DNA of 64,000 bases, taken from NCBI GenBank assembly GCA_038207335.1, contig JBBQZX010000006.1:1-64000 (forward strand), written 5' to 3'. A program made the translations under genes and the position numbers. How positions within the stretch are numbered: position 1 is the stretch's first letter; each line of letters starts with the position of its first letter. Below are positions 1-9,837 of this stretch, in pieces. Source of the stretch: Chthoniobacterales bacterium. GTDB lineage: Bacteria > Verrucomicrobiota > Verrucomicrobiia > Chthoniobacterales > Chthoniobacteraceae. The notes below the pieces were generated by a model. The model was given only the letters and a program-made list of their open reading frames with translations, did not search any database and was not told the origin of the DNA.

Positions 1-312
1 GTGCGGCGCGGGATGGAGGAGGCGCCCGGGGCGCAGGTGATCGTGTTTCACCAGGTGGAGGTGGATGGGAGGCTGCGGCTGGAGTCGGCTGCGGGGAATA
101 TGCACGCGTATCAATTCGACACGGCGCAGTTTGTGATTCGGCGGGAATTCGTCGAGGAGCGGGTGGGAGCGGGTGCGGTGCCGCCGATGGCGGAGGTGTG
201 GCCGGGGGTGCCGCTGAACGATTGGAATTTCATCCGCCCCTTTTGGGAGTCGGCCCCGGAGGCATTTCATTTCGTCCCAGAGGTGGGGGCATTTTACAAT
301 GCGCTACGCTGA
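1..312 (+). CDS. Partial CDS (5' truncated), probable glycosyltransferase C-terminus
   Basis: Open frame from the window start ending ...DTAQFVIRR...DWNFI...AFYNALR; same strand and codon style as the downstream GT-like gene. Confidence 0.45.
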   Translation: MRRGMEEAPGAQVIVFHQVEVDGRLRLESAAGNMHAYQFDTAQFVIRREFVEERVGAGAVPPMAEVWPGVPLNDWNFIRPFWESAPEAFHFVPEVGAFYNALR

Positions 313-330
313 AGCTGGAGAAGCTGCCCG

Positions 331-1251
331 ATGATCGAGGTGCGAATCGTGACCGGGTGCCGGGAGACGTATCGGGCGGGGATGGGGCTGCCGCCGGCAG
401 AGGTGCCGGTGTATCTGGAGGCGACGGTGCGCTCGATTTTACAGAGCGACATCCCGCGGGAGATGGTGACGGTGCACGTGGACTCGCTCGGGATGAACCG
501 GGTGACGGGTGCGGGGGAACGGGAGCTGACGATCGTGGAGGCGCGCTATGGGTTGGAGGGGCGGGACATGGATGTGACGGAGCGGGTGCGGGAGGGGGTG
601 AAAGGGAACGCGGTTTTTCTCTGCGCTGGGAATGGGATGGCGGGAGGCGATCCGGCTCCGGGGGCGGTGAAACGGCTGGCGGTGCGGTTTGCGCTGGATG
701 GGGTGGAGGAGCGGTTCGAGCTGGTGGAAAATCACGTCTGCGAGCTGAGCGGGCGGGCGGATCCGTTGGGGCGGGATTTCACGGCGGCGCTGCGGAGGAT
801 CGCGATGGAGGAGAAGATCGCGATTTTCACCTCGACGGGCGGTGGGCTGAATACTCATCTGCCGGAGGTGCTGCGGCATCCGCCGCGCGCGGAGTATCTG
901 CTGGTGCTGGAGGATGATGTGGAGGTGGATGCGGATATTTTCGCGGAGACGCGGCGGTGGCTGGCGGAGGATGTGCCGGGGCTGCGATTCGGCTCGCTCT
1001 ACAATGTCTTTGGCGGGCGGACGACGGTGCAGGCGGGGGAGTTTTACAGCGCGCAGGCGCTGGTGCTGAGGAGCGATGTGGTGCCGGAGCTCCTGTGCGG
1101 GGTGGAGCATTACGATCGTGTGCCGGGGGCTCAGCCGGGGTGGATGGATATCATACTGAGCAGGATCGCGGGGAATGCGCTGGGGGCGGCGATTGATGTG
1201 CATCCACGGTCGCTGGTGCGGCACATCGGGGTGGTGAGCAAGTGGAAGTGA
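331..1251 (+). CDS. GT-A glycosyltransferase (MGAT4/GT54-like motifs) with an inserted lectin-like/DUF3395-like module
   Basis: Motifs YLEATVRSIL, YLLVLEDDV and PRSLVRHIGVVS; internal segment IVEARYG..DVTERV..GDPAPGAVKRLAVRF. Confidence 0.6.
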   Translation: MIEVRIVTGCRETYRAGMGLPPAEVPVYLEATVRSILQSDIPREMVTVHVDSLGMNRVTGAGERELTIVEARYGLEGRDMDVTERVREGVKGNAVFLCAGNGMAGGDPAPGAVKRLAVRFALDGVEERFELVENHVCELSGRADPLGRDFTAALRRIAMEEKIAIFTSTGGGLNTHLPEVLRHPPRAEYLLVLEDDVEVDADIFAETRRWLAEDVPGLRFGSLYNVFGGRTTVQAGEFYSAQALVLRSDVVPELLCGVEHYDRVPGAQPGWMDIILSRIAGNALGAAIDVHPRSLVRHIGVVSKWK

Positions 1252-1277
1252 GGGGGAGCGTCGGCTCGCTGGCGCAG

Positions 1278-3545
1278 TTAGGCTGGGGACAGTTGGCCGG
1301 ATTTGCAGGCGTTGACGCGGACTGCGCATGCTTTGTAAGAGGGCTGGCGCGAGTAGGGGTCGAATGCCGGGAAGGTGAGCTGGTTTACAGTCGCGTAGTG
1401 CATCGGCAAGAAAACGTGGCCGGGTTGCACGGTATTCGTGACGAACGCGGTCGCGGTGATTTTTCCGCGGCGCGATGCGATCGTGATTGCGGCATTTGGC
1501 GCGATTCCGAGCCTTTGCGCGTCGTCGGGGTTAATTTCTAGATAGATGCTCTCGGGGTAAAGTTTTCGCAACACGTCGGATTTCCCAGTTCGTGTTTGCG
1601 TGTGCCATTGCGAGGAAGTCCCGCGCCCGGTCAGCAGGAAAAGCGGAAACTCCGCATCGGTCGGCTCGGGATTCGCGCGCGGCATTTCGAAGACAAATTT
1701 CGCCCGTCCATCCGCATGGAAAAATCGCCCATCTTCAAAAAGGCGCCGCTCGGTGGCTGGGACTTCGACGTTCGATGTTCGATGTTCGATGTTCGACGTT
1801 TTCTCCCTCTTCTCCGGCCACGGCCACTGCACGCCGCCGCACTCGTCGATCATCCGGTAGTCCTCGATCCCGCCGATGTCGCACGGCTGTCCGCGCGAGA
1901 GGCGTTTCATGATTTGAAAGACCGCCTCGGGCGACGACCACTCGCGGAACATCTCCCCGCAGCCCCAGTACTGCGCGACCAATTTGAAGATATTGAAGTC
2001 GGACAGCGCCTGCCCGGGAGCGCGTGAGATGCGCTTCACAAGTCCATGCCGGCGCTCGGAATTGATCAGCGTGCCCTCCTTTTCGCCCCAGCCGGCACCA
2101 GGCAAAACGAGGTCCGCGCGCAAAGCCGTTTCGGTCGTCGAGTACATGTCCTGAACGACGAGGAAATGGAGCTTCGAGAGGAGGTCATTGAAGCCGCTCT
2201 GGTGGATCCACGAGTGCGAAGAATTCGTTGCGATGACCCACAGGCCCTTGATCTTCCCGCTGCCGATGTCCTCGACGATCTGGTCGTAAGCCCGGCTGTT
2301 TTGCTGCGGGATCGCCGCGGGGTTGATCCGCAGTTCGCGGGCGACGTGGGCGCGGTGCTCGGCATTGAGAAAATCGTAGCCGCCCATGAGGCCCGTGACG
2401 TTTGCAAAGAGCCGTGAACCCATCGCGTTGCACTGCCCGGTGATGGAATTGGCGCCAGTGCCTGGCCGCCCGATATTGCCGGTCATCAACGCGAGATTGA
2501 TGACCGCCTGTGCCGTGCGAGTGCTCTCGTGGCCTTGATTCACGCCCATCGTCCACCAGAACGAAACGCGTTTTCCGTCCGCGATCGTCTGCGCCAAATG
2601 CCACAGCCGATCGACGCTGATCCCGCTCGCGGCGCTAACCATGTCGGGCGTGAATTGCGCGACGAACTCCGCGAATTCGTCGAACCCACTGGTGTGCGAA
2701 TCGATGAAATTGCGGTCGATCCAGTGGCTCGCGTTGAGGATGTTCGCGAGACCGTAGAGCAGCACGAGGTCGCTCTTCGGCGCAATGGCGTAGTGCTGCG
2801 TCGCGGCCATCGCGGTCTCGGTGGCGCGCGGGTCGATCACGATGATCTCGGGATTGTGCCGGTTCTTCAGCACCCGCTGCCACATGATCGGATGGGCGAT
2901 GCAGAGATTCGAGCCGATGAAAACGAGCACGTCCGACTCCTCGAAATCCGCGTAGGTGAACGGCGGTGCGTCGAAGCCGAATGACTGCTTGTAGGCCACC
3001 GCGGAGGTGGCCATGCACTGCCGCGTGTTGCTGTCGCAATGGACGAAGCCCATGCCGAATTTGAAAAGCGCGCCGAGAAACGCCATTTCTTCGGTGACGA
3101 TTTGCCCGGTGCTGAGAAAAGCCACCGACTCTGGCCCATGCTCGCGTTTGATCTCCTTGAATCGCTCGCAAAACAGCACGAGCGCGCGCTCCCAATCGAT
3201 CGGCTCGAGCTCGCCGGTGCGCTCATTTCGCAGCAGCGGAGTCGTCGCGCGATCCGGCGCGTGCAGCGGTGTGAGCGCCTCCCAGCCCTTTGGGCAAGCC
3301 ATTCCGAGGTTCACGGGGTAGTGCGTGTCGGCACTGAGATTGATCGCCTTGCCGTCCTTCAGATGCGCGTTCAGCCCACAGCCGGTGGAGCAGTATCCGC
3401 ACACGATCGTCGTCGTGTCGTCGGGTGTCAGGCGCGCGGGGATTTTGCCGAGCCCGAAGTCTCCCGGATGCAGCACCAAGTCTTCGGTCTGAGGCCCGTC
3501 CCACTGCCGCACGAGTCCGCTGATCTTCTCCACCATCGTTTTCAT
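1278..3545 (-). CDS. nasA: Assimilatory nitrate reductase catalytic subunit (Mo-bisPGD, NasA/NarB type)
   Basis: CGYCSTGC...CPKG [4Fe-4S] motif, [19 protein letters not shown]-terminal molydop-binding domain ending [14 protein letters not shown]; no Tat signal; SD AGGAGGT at 3552-3558; nitrate gene context. Confidence 0.9.
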   Translation of the reverse strand: MKTMVEKISGLVRQWDGPQTEDLVLHPGDFGLGKIPARLTPDDTTTIVCGYCSTGCGLNAHLKDGKAINLSADTHYPVNLGMACPKGWEALTPLHAPDRATTPLLRNERTGELEPIDWERALVLFCERFKEIKREHGPESVAFLSTGQIVTEEMAFLGALFKFGMGFVHCDSNTRQCMATSAVAYKQSFGFDAPPFTYADFEESDVLVFIGSNLCIAHPIMWQRVLKNRHNPEIIVIDPRATETAMAATQHYAIAPKSDLVLLYGLANILNASHWIDRNFIDSHTSGFDEFAEFVAQFTPDMVSAASGISVDRLWHLAQTIADGKRVSFWWTMGVNQGHESTRTAQAVINLALMTGNIGRPGTGANSITGQCNAMGSRLFANVTGLMGGYDFLNAEHRAHVARELRINPAAIPQQNSRAYDQIVEDIGSGKIKGLWVIATNSSHSWIHQSGFNDLLSKLHFLVVQDMYSTTETALRADLVLPGAGWGEKEGTLINSERRHGLVKRISRAPGQALSDFNIFKLVAQYWGCGEMFREWSSPEAVFQIMKRLSRGQPCDIGGIEDYRMIDECGGVQWPWPEKREKTSNIEHRTSNVEVPATERRLFEDGRFFHADGRAKFVFEMPRANPEPTDAEFPLFLLTGRGTSSQWHTQTRTGKSDVLRKLYPESIYLEINPDDAQRLGIAPNAAITIASRRGKITATAFVTNTVQPGHVFLPMHYATVNQLTFPAFDPYSRQPSYKACAVRVNACKSGQLSPA
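1763..1800. repeat. Tandem heptamer repeat (GTTCGAY x~5) inside nasA
   Basis: cttcgac gttcgat gttcgat gttcgat gttcgac gtt; encodes [12 protein letters not shown] on the minus strand. Confidence 0.85.
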
Positions 3546-3570
3546 AAAATTACCTCCTCAGTTTTCGGCG

Positions 3571-3646
3571 CGCGCGAAGACGCAAAGGCGCAAGGGAATG
3601 GAAACCAAACCAAGCGCGCAGCCTTGCCCCCTTGCGTCGTCGCGCG
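3571..3646. repeat. Intergenic imperfect inverted repeat (REP-like hairpin)
   Basis: cgcgcgaagacgcaaagg (3571-3588) pairs with ccttgcgtcgtcgcgcg (3630-3646). Confidence 0.5.
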
Positions 3647-3651
3647 GGCAT

Positions 3652-5322
3652 TCAAGCGGCAAATCCTCCCGGCATTCGCGGTGCCACGACCGCGGTGAAA
3701 AAACTGTAGCGCTCGATGATCCGGGCCGCTGTTGAGAGCGCTAGCGCCAGGGTGGCCGCGAGCGCGGCTGCAAGTCCAGAGCCCGCGGCGACGCAGGCGA
3801 AGGCCGCAAACGCTGTTAGTGAAAGCATCGCGGAGCAATCGAGGAGCGAGCGAAGTAATCGCCGCATCGCAAGTGCGGAGCGGTGCGCGGGGTCGTCGTC
3901 GTCGTCGAGGGAGGTGCGAAATTTGCGTGCCTCCCATCCGTTGAGACCGAGCTGAAGCAAGCCGCACGCAGCCGCCAGGATGCGTGTGGAGAGGTTGGCG
4001 GAGTGCGGGATCGAGACCCAAGCGAGGACGCAAGCGCAGCCGCTCGCGCCGAGCAGGAACGTCGTGCCGAAGAATTTCGGGAGCGTGAGTTCCTTCGTCC
4101 AAAATGGGCGGTGCGTGTCGATGTAGATCATCGCGGAGCAGGCGACGCCGATGAGGCCGAGCAACGCGGTGACAACCGCCAGCGGCGCGGCGAACGAAGC
4201 CGGAGACGCGAGCTTTTCCACCCAAGTCAGCACAGGCCACCAGCCCGAGATCGGATCCCACACGGTCGCGAGCGTGCATGCGCCCGCTGCCGCCGCGAAG
4301 ACACTGAACGCCAAAATCTCGCGACTCATCCACGAAGTCCGCAGCCCGAGGAAGAACCGCCACGCGCCGAGCGGCTTGCCGAGATGCAGCACGCTGACGC
4401 CGAGCCCGGCATTCAGGATCGCGAAGCCGGCGACCGCGAGCGGCGCTTTCATTGCGTTAAAAATCGCGGCGGATCCGAATGCGAAAACGGCGAGTGCGAT
4501 GAAAAGCCCGGCGGACATTTGTGTGAGAACGAGCATGAGGATGAGCGGCCAGTGCGCGTGCTCGAGGCGCAGCGCGTGGGCGTCGCTGGCGCGCGTGTTT
4601 TTGGGCACGGATTTACGCGTCGTGTAGCGCGTGGTCGGGATCGTGTAGGCGGAGGAAAATGTGTCCGGCAGCAGGCGATCGGCGGGCACGGTGCTCGCGG
4701 CGAATTCGGCTTTGTTGACGACGCGGATTGTGATCGCGCCGTTCGGGCAGGCCTGCACGCACGCGGGCGCTTCATTTGCCGCGAGGCGGCTGTGGCACAT
4801 GTCGCATTTCCTCACGATGCCGCGCGCCTTGGAGTATTTCGGCACGTCGTATGGGCATTTCAACACGCAGTATTGGCAGCCGATGCATTGGTCATCGAGA
4901 TGCCGCACGATGCCGGTGGCGTCGTCCTTTTCGTAGGCCGCGACGGGGCAACCATTCAGGCATGCGGGATCGACGCAGTGATGGCACGCGGAGGTTGTCG
5001 TTTGCTGATAGGGCGCGCTGCGATCACCGCCGTGGATGAAGCCGACATTCCGCCACGTTTCGTCCTCGTCGAGGCCATTGAGCGAGTGGCACGCGGAGAC
5101 GCACGCCTTGCATCCGGTGCAGGCGTCGAGATCGACGCCGAACGCGTATTGCTCGCCGGTGCGCGGCTTCTCGAGCGGAAGGAGTTCGCGGTAGTAGCGG
5201 GCCTGCGCGGGCAGTTCGCCGCCCGCGTGTTTTCGGGAAAAGCGCGCGACGGCTGTGAGTTCCTGTTGCTCGGCGAGCAGCTCGTCGATCAGCGTGCGCG
5301 GCGTTTCCGGGGCAGCGGTCAT
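3652..5322 (-). CDS. Fusion of a DmsB/NrfC-type 4x[4Fe-4S] domain and a DmsC-type membrane anchor
   Basis: [48 protein letters not shown]; then [28 protein letters not shown] and about 8 hydrophobic helices. Confidence 0.85.
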   Translation of the reverse strand: MTAAPETPRTLIDELLAEQQELTAVARFSRKHAGGELPAQARYYRELLPLEKPRTGEQYAFGVDLDACTGCKACVSACHSLNGLDEDETWRNVGFIHGGDRSAPYQQTTTSACHHCVDPACLNGCPVAAYEKDDATGIVRHLDDQCIGCQYCVLKCPYDVPKYSKARGIVRKCDMCHSRLAANEAPACVQACPNGAITIRVVNKAEFAASTVPADRLLPDTFSSAYTIPTTRYTTRKSVPKNTRASDAHALRLEHAHWPLILMLVLTQMSAGLFIALAVFAFGSAAIFNAMKAPLAVAGFAILNAGLGVSVLHLGKPLGAWRFFLGLRTSWMSREILAFSVFAAAAGACTLATVWDPISGWWPVLTWVEKLASPASFAAPLAVVTALLGLIGVACSAMIYIDTHRPFWTKELTLPKFFGTTFLLGASGCACVLAWVSIPHSANLSTRILAAACGLLQLGLNGWEARKFRTSLDDDDDPAHRSALAMRRLLRSLLDCSAMLSLTAFAAFACVAAGSGLAAALAATLALALSTAARIIERYSFFTAVVAPRMPGGFAA

Positions 5323-5352
5323 GCGTGATTCCGGGCAGCGCGCTCTCTCATC

Positions 5353-7149
5353 TCAATACACGTCCCGTTGGTAGCGCTTCCCGGCTTTCAGCTTTGAGAC
5401 GTATTCCACGGCCGCTTCGCTGGTGAGGCCGCCGCACTTCTGCGCGACGGTGTGCAGCGCGGCGTCCACGTCTTTCGCCATGCGGCTCGCGTCGCCGCAG
5501 ACGTAGAAGTGCGCGCCGTCCTGCAGCCATTTCCACAGCTCCGGGCCCTGCTCGATCATCCGATTCTGGACGTAGATTTTCTCCGCTTGGTCGCGCGAAA
5601 ATGCGAGGTCGAGACGTGCGAGATGTTTGTCCGCGACCCAGCCTTCGAGCTGCTCGCGGTAGAGGAAATCGGTCGCGCGTTTTTGGTCGCCGAAGAAGAG
5701 CCAGTTGCCCCCGGTAGCGCCTGTCGCGCGCCGCTCGTGCAGGAATGCGCGGAATGGCGCGATGCCGGTTCCGGGCCCGACCATGATGATCGGCGTCTCG
5801 CCAGCGGCGGGCAGGCGGAAGCTGTGCGAGGTCTGCACGAAGACCGGCACGGAGCCGTTTGCGCGGTCTGCGAGAAAGGTCGAGCAGACGCCTTTTCGCG
5901 CGCGTCCGAATGCGTCGTAGCGCACCGCGGCGACCGTGAGATGCACCTGCTCCGGGTGCGCCTTGAGGCTGGAGGAGATCGAGTAAAGTCGCGGCTGCAG
6001 CTTCTTCAGCGAGCCCACGAACTCGACCGGCGAAATTTTCGCGGAGGCAAAATCGACGAGCACATCGACGGTCTCGCGGCCCCACAAATAATGCTTCAGG
6101 GCCTCGCGCGCCGCGGGATCGAGCAGGTCTCGGAGCGTGCGATCGGCGCTGCGCTTCGCGACGAGTTGCAGCAACGGCGCGGGGACTTTCGTGATTTCGT
6201 AGTGCCGCTCCAGTGCGATGCGGAGGGGGATTTCACCTCCGTCGGGAGCGGGTGCGGCTTCTTCGCCGTCGCAGTTCAGCGCGTGCAAAATCTCGTCGAT
6301 GAGCGCGGGGCAATTCGTGGGAATCACGCCGAGCGCGTCGCCGGCTTCGTAGCTGAGGCCGGAGCCCGCGAGTGAAATCTCGAAGTGACGCGTCTCTTTT
6401 GCGGAGCCGTCGCCGGTGAGTTTCAGATTCGTGAGCAGCTTCGCGTGGAATGGGTTTTTCCGCGAATGTGCGCCGGATTCCACGGGCGCGGGTTCGATCA
6501 CCTCGACCGCTGGGGCGGCCGACGGGAGTGCGGCAGGTGCGCTCGCATCGAGCACGCTGAAGACCCCGTCGTGCCAGCGTTGATACGCGGCCTCGTAGTC
6601 CACGTTGCAATCCGCGCGCTCGAAAATCCGCTTCGCGCCCAGCGCTTCGAGCCTCGCGTCGAACTGCTTTGAGCACTCGCAGAACTTCTCATAGTTCGTG
6701 TCGCCGAGCCCGCACACGGCGAACTGCAACTGCTCGAGCCGCGGCGCGCCGGGCGCAAAAAGCGCGGCGTGAAACGCCTTCGCATTCTCGGGCGGATCGC
6801 CTTCGCCAAACGTGCTCGTGACGATGAGCGCATATTTTTCATCGCCGAGCGATGCGGGCGAAATCTTATCGAGCCCGATTGCCTTCGACTCGAAGCCGCG
6901 CTTCACCGCGGCCTTCGCGATGCGCTTGGCGAGCGCTTCGCTGTTGCCGCTTTCGGAGCCAAAATAGACGTTCACCTTCAACCGCACGGGCGTGGGAAGC
7001 GGCTCTGCCACAGTGTTTGCTGGCAGCCCTCCCGCGAAGACGCCGGCGAGGAATCCATTCAGCCACGCGCGTTGCGACGGTGAAAATGGCGCGTTGTCCG
7101 GGATGAATGGAACGAGCGCTACGGGAGCGGGAGCGGTGGACGTGGTCAT
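5353..7149 (-). CDS. CysJ-like diflavin (FMN/FAD) NADPH oxidoreductase
   Basis: Flavodoxin GSESGNS..STFGEGDPP, RLYSISSS, GVCSTFL, MVGPGTGIAPFRAF, YQRDVY end. Start placed at MTTSTAP (7149), an ATGA overlap with the nirA stop. Confidence 0.9.
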   Translation of the reverse strand: MTTSTAPAPVALVPFIPDNAPFSPSQRAWLNGFLAGVFAGGLPANTVAEPLPTPVRLKVNVYFGSESGNSEALAKRIAKAAVKRGFESKAIGLDKISPASLGDEKYALIVTSTFGEGDPPENAKAFHAALFAPGAPRLEQLQFAVCGLGDTNYEKFCECSKQFDARLEALGAKRIFERADCNVDYEAAYQRWHDGVFSVLDASAPAALPSAAPAVEVIEPAPVESGAHSRKNPFHAKLLTNLKLTGDGSAKETRHFEISLAGSGLSYEAGDALGVIPTNCPALIDEILHALNCDGEEAAPAPDGGEIPLRIALERHYEITKVPAPLLQLVAKRSADRTLRDLLDPAAREALKHYLWGRETVDVLVDFASAKISPVEFVGSLKKLQPRLYSISSSLKAHPEQVHLTVAAVRYDAFGRARKGVCSTFLADRANGSVPVFVQTSHSFRLPAAGETPIIMVGPGTGIAPFRAFLHERRATGATGGNWLFFGDQKRATDFLYREQLEGWVADKHLARLDLAFSRDQAEKIYVQNRMIEQGPELWKWLQDGAHFYVCGDASRMAKDVDAALHTVAQKCGGLTSEAAVEYVSKLKAGKRYQRDVY

Positions 7150-8939
7150 TCTGCGAACATCTCCTGGAGCGTCTTGACGCTGTGCCGCGCGGTGAATTGC
7201 ACGAACGTCTCCTGCTTGTCCGTACGCCGCGCGACATACGTTTTCAGCACTTTTTCCAACAGTGGCGGCAGCTCGGTGAATGGGATGCCGTGGAAAACCT
7301 CGCGCCCCATCGCCTGCCCGCCGACGCATTGCCCGCCGAGCAGGACGTGGTATCCCTCGACCTGCTCGCCGCTGCTGGAAACTTTGGCCCCGAGGAGGCC
7401 GATGTCGCCAATGTAGTGCTGCGCGCACGAGTGCGGGCAGCCGGTGAGGTGGATATTGATCGGCTGATCGAGCGTCAGCTTTTTCTCTAAATAGCGCGTG
7501 AGCTCGACGCCGTGGCCTTTCGTATTTGTGGAAGACCATTTGCAGCCGAGCGTGCCCGTGCAGGCCACCACTCCACCCGCGATGCTCGTCGCTTCGTGAT
7601 GAAGCCCCATCTTCACGAGGTTCTTTTTCACGGTCTCGACGAAGGCGTCTGGCACGTCCGGGATGATGAGATTTTGCCAGACCGTGAGGCGCATCGTGCC
7701 GGTGCCGTAGTTCTGCGCCACGTCCGCAATGCGGCGCATTTGCTTGGTCTTCAGCATACCGACGGGGATCACTGCGCCGATGTAATTGCGCTGCGGCTGC
7801 TTCTGCTTGAAGACGCCGATGTGGCCGTGCGCGATCGGCGGATGCGCCTGCTCGCAATCCTCGAGCGCGAGCGGCACGAGCGGAAAGGCGAGCATCTTCT
7901 CGACCTCCCCCATGAATTTTTCCGTGCCCCATTTGTCGATGAGATACTTGAGACGCGCCTTCTTGCGGTTCGTGCGATCGCCGTGCTCGTTGAAGACTCG
8001 AATGATCGCCGCGCCAACCGCCACGCAGTCGCCGGGCTTCACAACGATCCCGACATCTTTCGCAAACTGCTCGTGCCCGGTGATGCCCGCGAGCTGCACG
8101 CGGAAGTAGATGCCGGGTTCGACGCTTTTGCCGACCGGCACGCGCACGGCGACGAAGCCGATGTCATTGGTATCCGCGACCGTGCCGATCGAGCCGCCGC
8201 CGTCGAAGCTTACGTTGAACTTGCGCGGGATGCCGTAGAGGTCACGGTTGTTCAGGATGTAATAGTGCAGGCCTTTGGCCATCGGGCGCGTGTCGATCAG
8301 CTCGGACGGGTCGATGCCAGCCGTCGGCGAGGCGGTGATATTGCGCACGTTATCGACGCCTGAGCCGCGCGAGGTGAGCCCGAGTTCTTGCAGCTTGGTG
8401 AGCACCTTCACCATGTTCTTTGGCTGAATGTCGCGCACTTGGATGTTTGCGCGCGTCGTGATTTGTGCGTGTCCGCCGCCCCATTCGTCCGCGATGTCCG
8501 CGATTCCGATGAGCTGCGCGGAACTGACTTCGCCGGCCGGCAGTCGAAGCCGCAGCATCATGGAATTCTGCGCGGGCGCGACATAGAAAAGCCCGTGGAA
8601 GCGGAATAGGAACGTCAGCTTTTTGTCGGGGAATTTATTCTCCGCCGCGTGGGTCATCAGCTCGTCCCAGGTGTCGAGCCCGTTGCGCTCCATCTTCCAG
8701 ATTTCCTGCTCGCACAGATCGCCGAGCGGAGTGCCGAAGAGCGTTTGCTCTCCAGCCTCCGCTTGCGGCTCGGCGACATTCATCAGCCCCGACGCGGGCG
8801 TGCTTGTGATCTGACCACTCGGCAGATGGCCGACGAACGGCACCGAGGTCCGGCAAGTCACTCCGGCTAGGTATCCCTGGAGATACTGCTTCTGTTCGGG
8901 GCTAAAGGAAGGATCGGCAAGAAGTGCGTCGGCGTTCAT
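7146..8939 (-). CDS. nirA: Siroheme nitrite reductase (NirA family)
   Basis: ITTRANIQ, SGVDNVRNI, PRKFNVS; CTGTLGC and GCPHSC siroheme/[4Fe-4S] ligands. Confidence 0.9.
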   Translation of the reverse strand: MNADALLADPSFSPEQKQYLQGYLAGVTCRTSVPFVGHLPSGQITSTPASGLMNVAEPQAEAGEQTLFGTPLGDLCEQEIWKMERNGLDTWDELMTHAAENKFPDKKLTFLFRFHGLFYVAPAQNSMMLRLRLPAGEVSSAQLIGIADIADEWGGGHAQITTRANIQVRDIQPKNMVKVLTKLQELGLTSRGSGVDNVRNITASPTAGIDPSELIDTRPMAKGLHYYILNNRDLYGIPRKFNVSFDGGGSIGTVADTNDIGFVAVRVPVGKSVEPGIYFRVQLAGITGHEQFAKDVGIVVKPGDCVAVGAAIIRVFNEHGDRTNRKKARLKYLIDKWGTEKFMGEVEKMLAFPLVPLALEDCEQAHPPIAHGHIGVFKQKQPQRNYIGAVIPVGMLKTKQMRRIADVAQNYGTGTMRLTVWQNLIIPDVPDAFVETVKKNLVKMGLHHEATSIAGGVVACTGTLGCKWSSTNTKGHGVELTRYLEKKLTLDQPINIHLTGCPHSCAQHYIGDIGLLGAKVSSSGEQVEGYHVLLGGQCVGGQAMGREVFHGIPFTELPPLLEKVLKTYVARRTDKQETFVQFTARHSVKTLQEMFAE

Positions 8940-8961
8940 GAGTGAGTGGAGTTGGTTTGAG

Positions 8962-9807
8962 TTAGACAGCGGGCTCGCCGAGCGCGGCGGCCATGGCGGG
9001 TTGAGTAACGGCGGCGGGTGTCTTCGGTCCGTGCGTCAGGTAGAGCGCGAGACCTGTGAAAAGGAACCCGCCCACGATGTTTCCGAGCGTCACCGGGATT
9101 TGATTCCACAGCCACCAGTCGGAGAAGGTCACCTTTGCGCCGAGCAACATGCCCGTCGGAATGACGAACATATTCACGATGGAATGCTCGAAGCCCTGCG
9201 CGAAGAAGATGAAGATCGGAATCCAGGCGCCGACGATCTTTCCCACGGTAGAGCTGGAGGTCATTCCCATGACTACGCCGAGACACACCATCCAATTGCA
9301 AAGGATGGCTTTGACGAACACGGTGAACATCCCGGCTGCGCCGAACTTCGCGTAGCCGATGGTCTTGGCCTGCGCGATGGCGACGAGCTTTGCCGCGATT
9401 CCGGTCGTGTCGGCGGTGTGGCCCATCATGGTGAGCGACACGTAGAGCAGCAGCCCGTAGAAGACGCTGCCGAGCAGGTTGCCGAGCAAGACCCAGCCGA
9501 GGTTTGCGGTCATTGTGCCAAAGCCGAGCTTTCCCTCGCGCCATGCCAGCGGAAGGAGCGCAAAGCTTCCAGTCGCCAGCTCCAACCCCAGCAGGACAAT
9601 CATTACGAAGCCAACCGGGAAGATGAGCGCGCCCACGAGCGGCACATTCGTCTGAGTCGCGCCCATGATGGCGAGGCTCGTGGCATAGCCCAGCAGCGCC
9701 CCGGAAAGGAAGCCGCGAATGAGCAGGTCTTTGACGCCTAGCGCGCCCTTGGTCGCGCCGGCATTGATCATCGTCGTAACGACGTCGGCAGGTTTTACGT
9801 AGTCCAT
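8962..9807 (-). CDS. Formate/nitrite transporter (FNT) family channel, probable nitrite channel
   Basis: GLELATG, AILCNWMVCL, FEHSIVNM, VTLGNIVGG. Confidence 0.9.
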   Translation of the reverse strand: MDYVKPADVVTTMINAGATKGALGVKDLLIRGFLSGALLGYATSLAIMGATQTNVPLVGALIFPVGFVMIVLLGLELATGSFALLPLAWREGKLGFGTMTANLGWVLLGNLLGSVFYGLLLYVSLTMMGHTADTTGIAAKLVAIAQAKTIGYAKFGAAGMFTVFVKAILCNWMVCLGVVMGMTSSSTVGKIVGAWIPIFIFFAQGFEHSIVNMFVIPTGMLLGAKVTFSDWWLWNQIPVTLGNIVGGFLFTGLALYLTHGPKTPAAVTQPAMAAALGEPAV

Positions 9808-9837
9808 AGTTGCAGGTCTTTTAGTTGGTATTTCGTA

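Noticed and set aside
1278..3545. Periplasmic Nap, DMSO reductase or Sec-containing formate dehydrogenase
   Set aside because: No Tat signal, no in-frame TGA; motifs and context fit an assimilatory nitrate reductase.
7150..7932. N-terminal extension of the 859-aa ORF 5353-7932
   Set aside because: Overlaps nirA in another frame and reads as nonsense; the real start is 7149.
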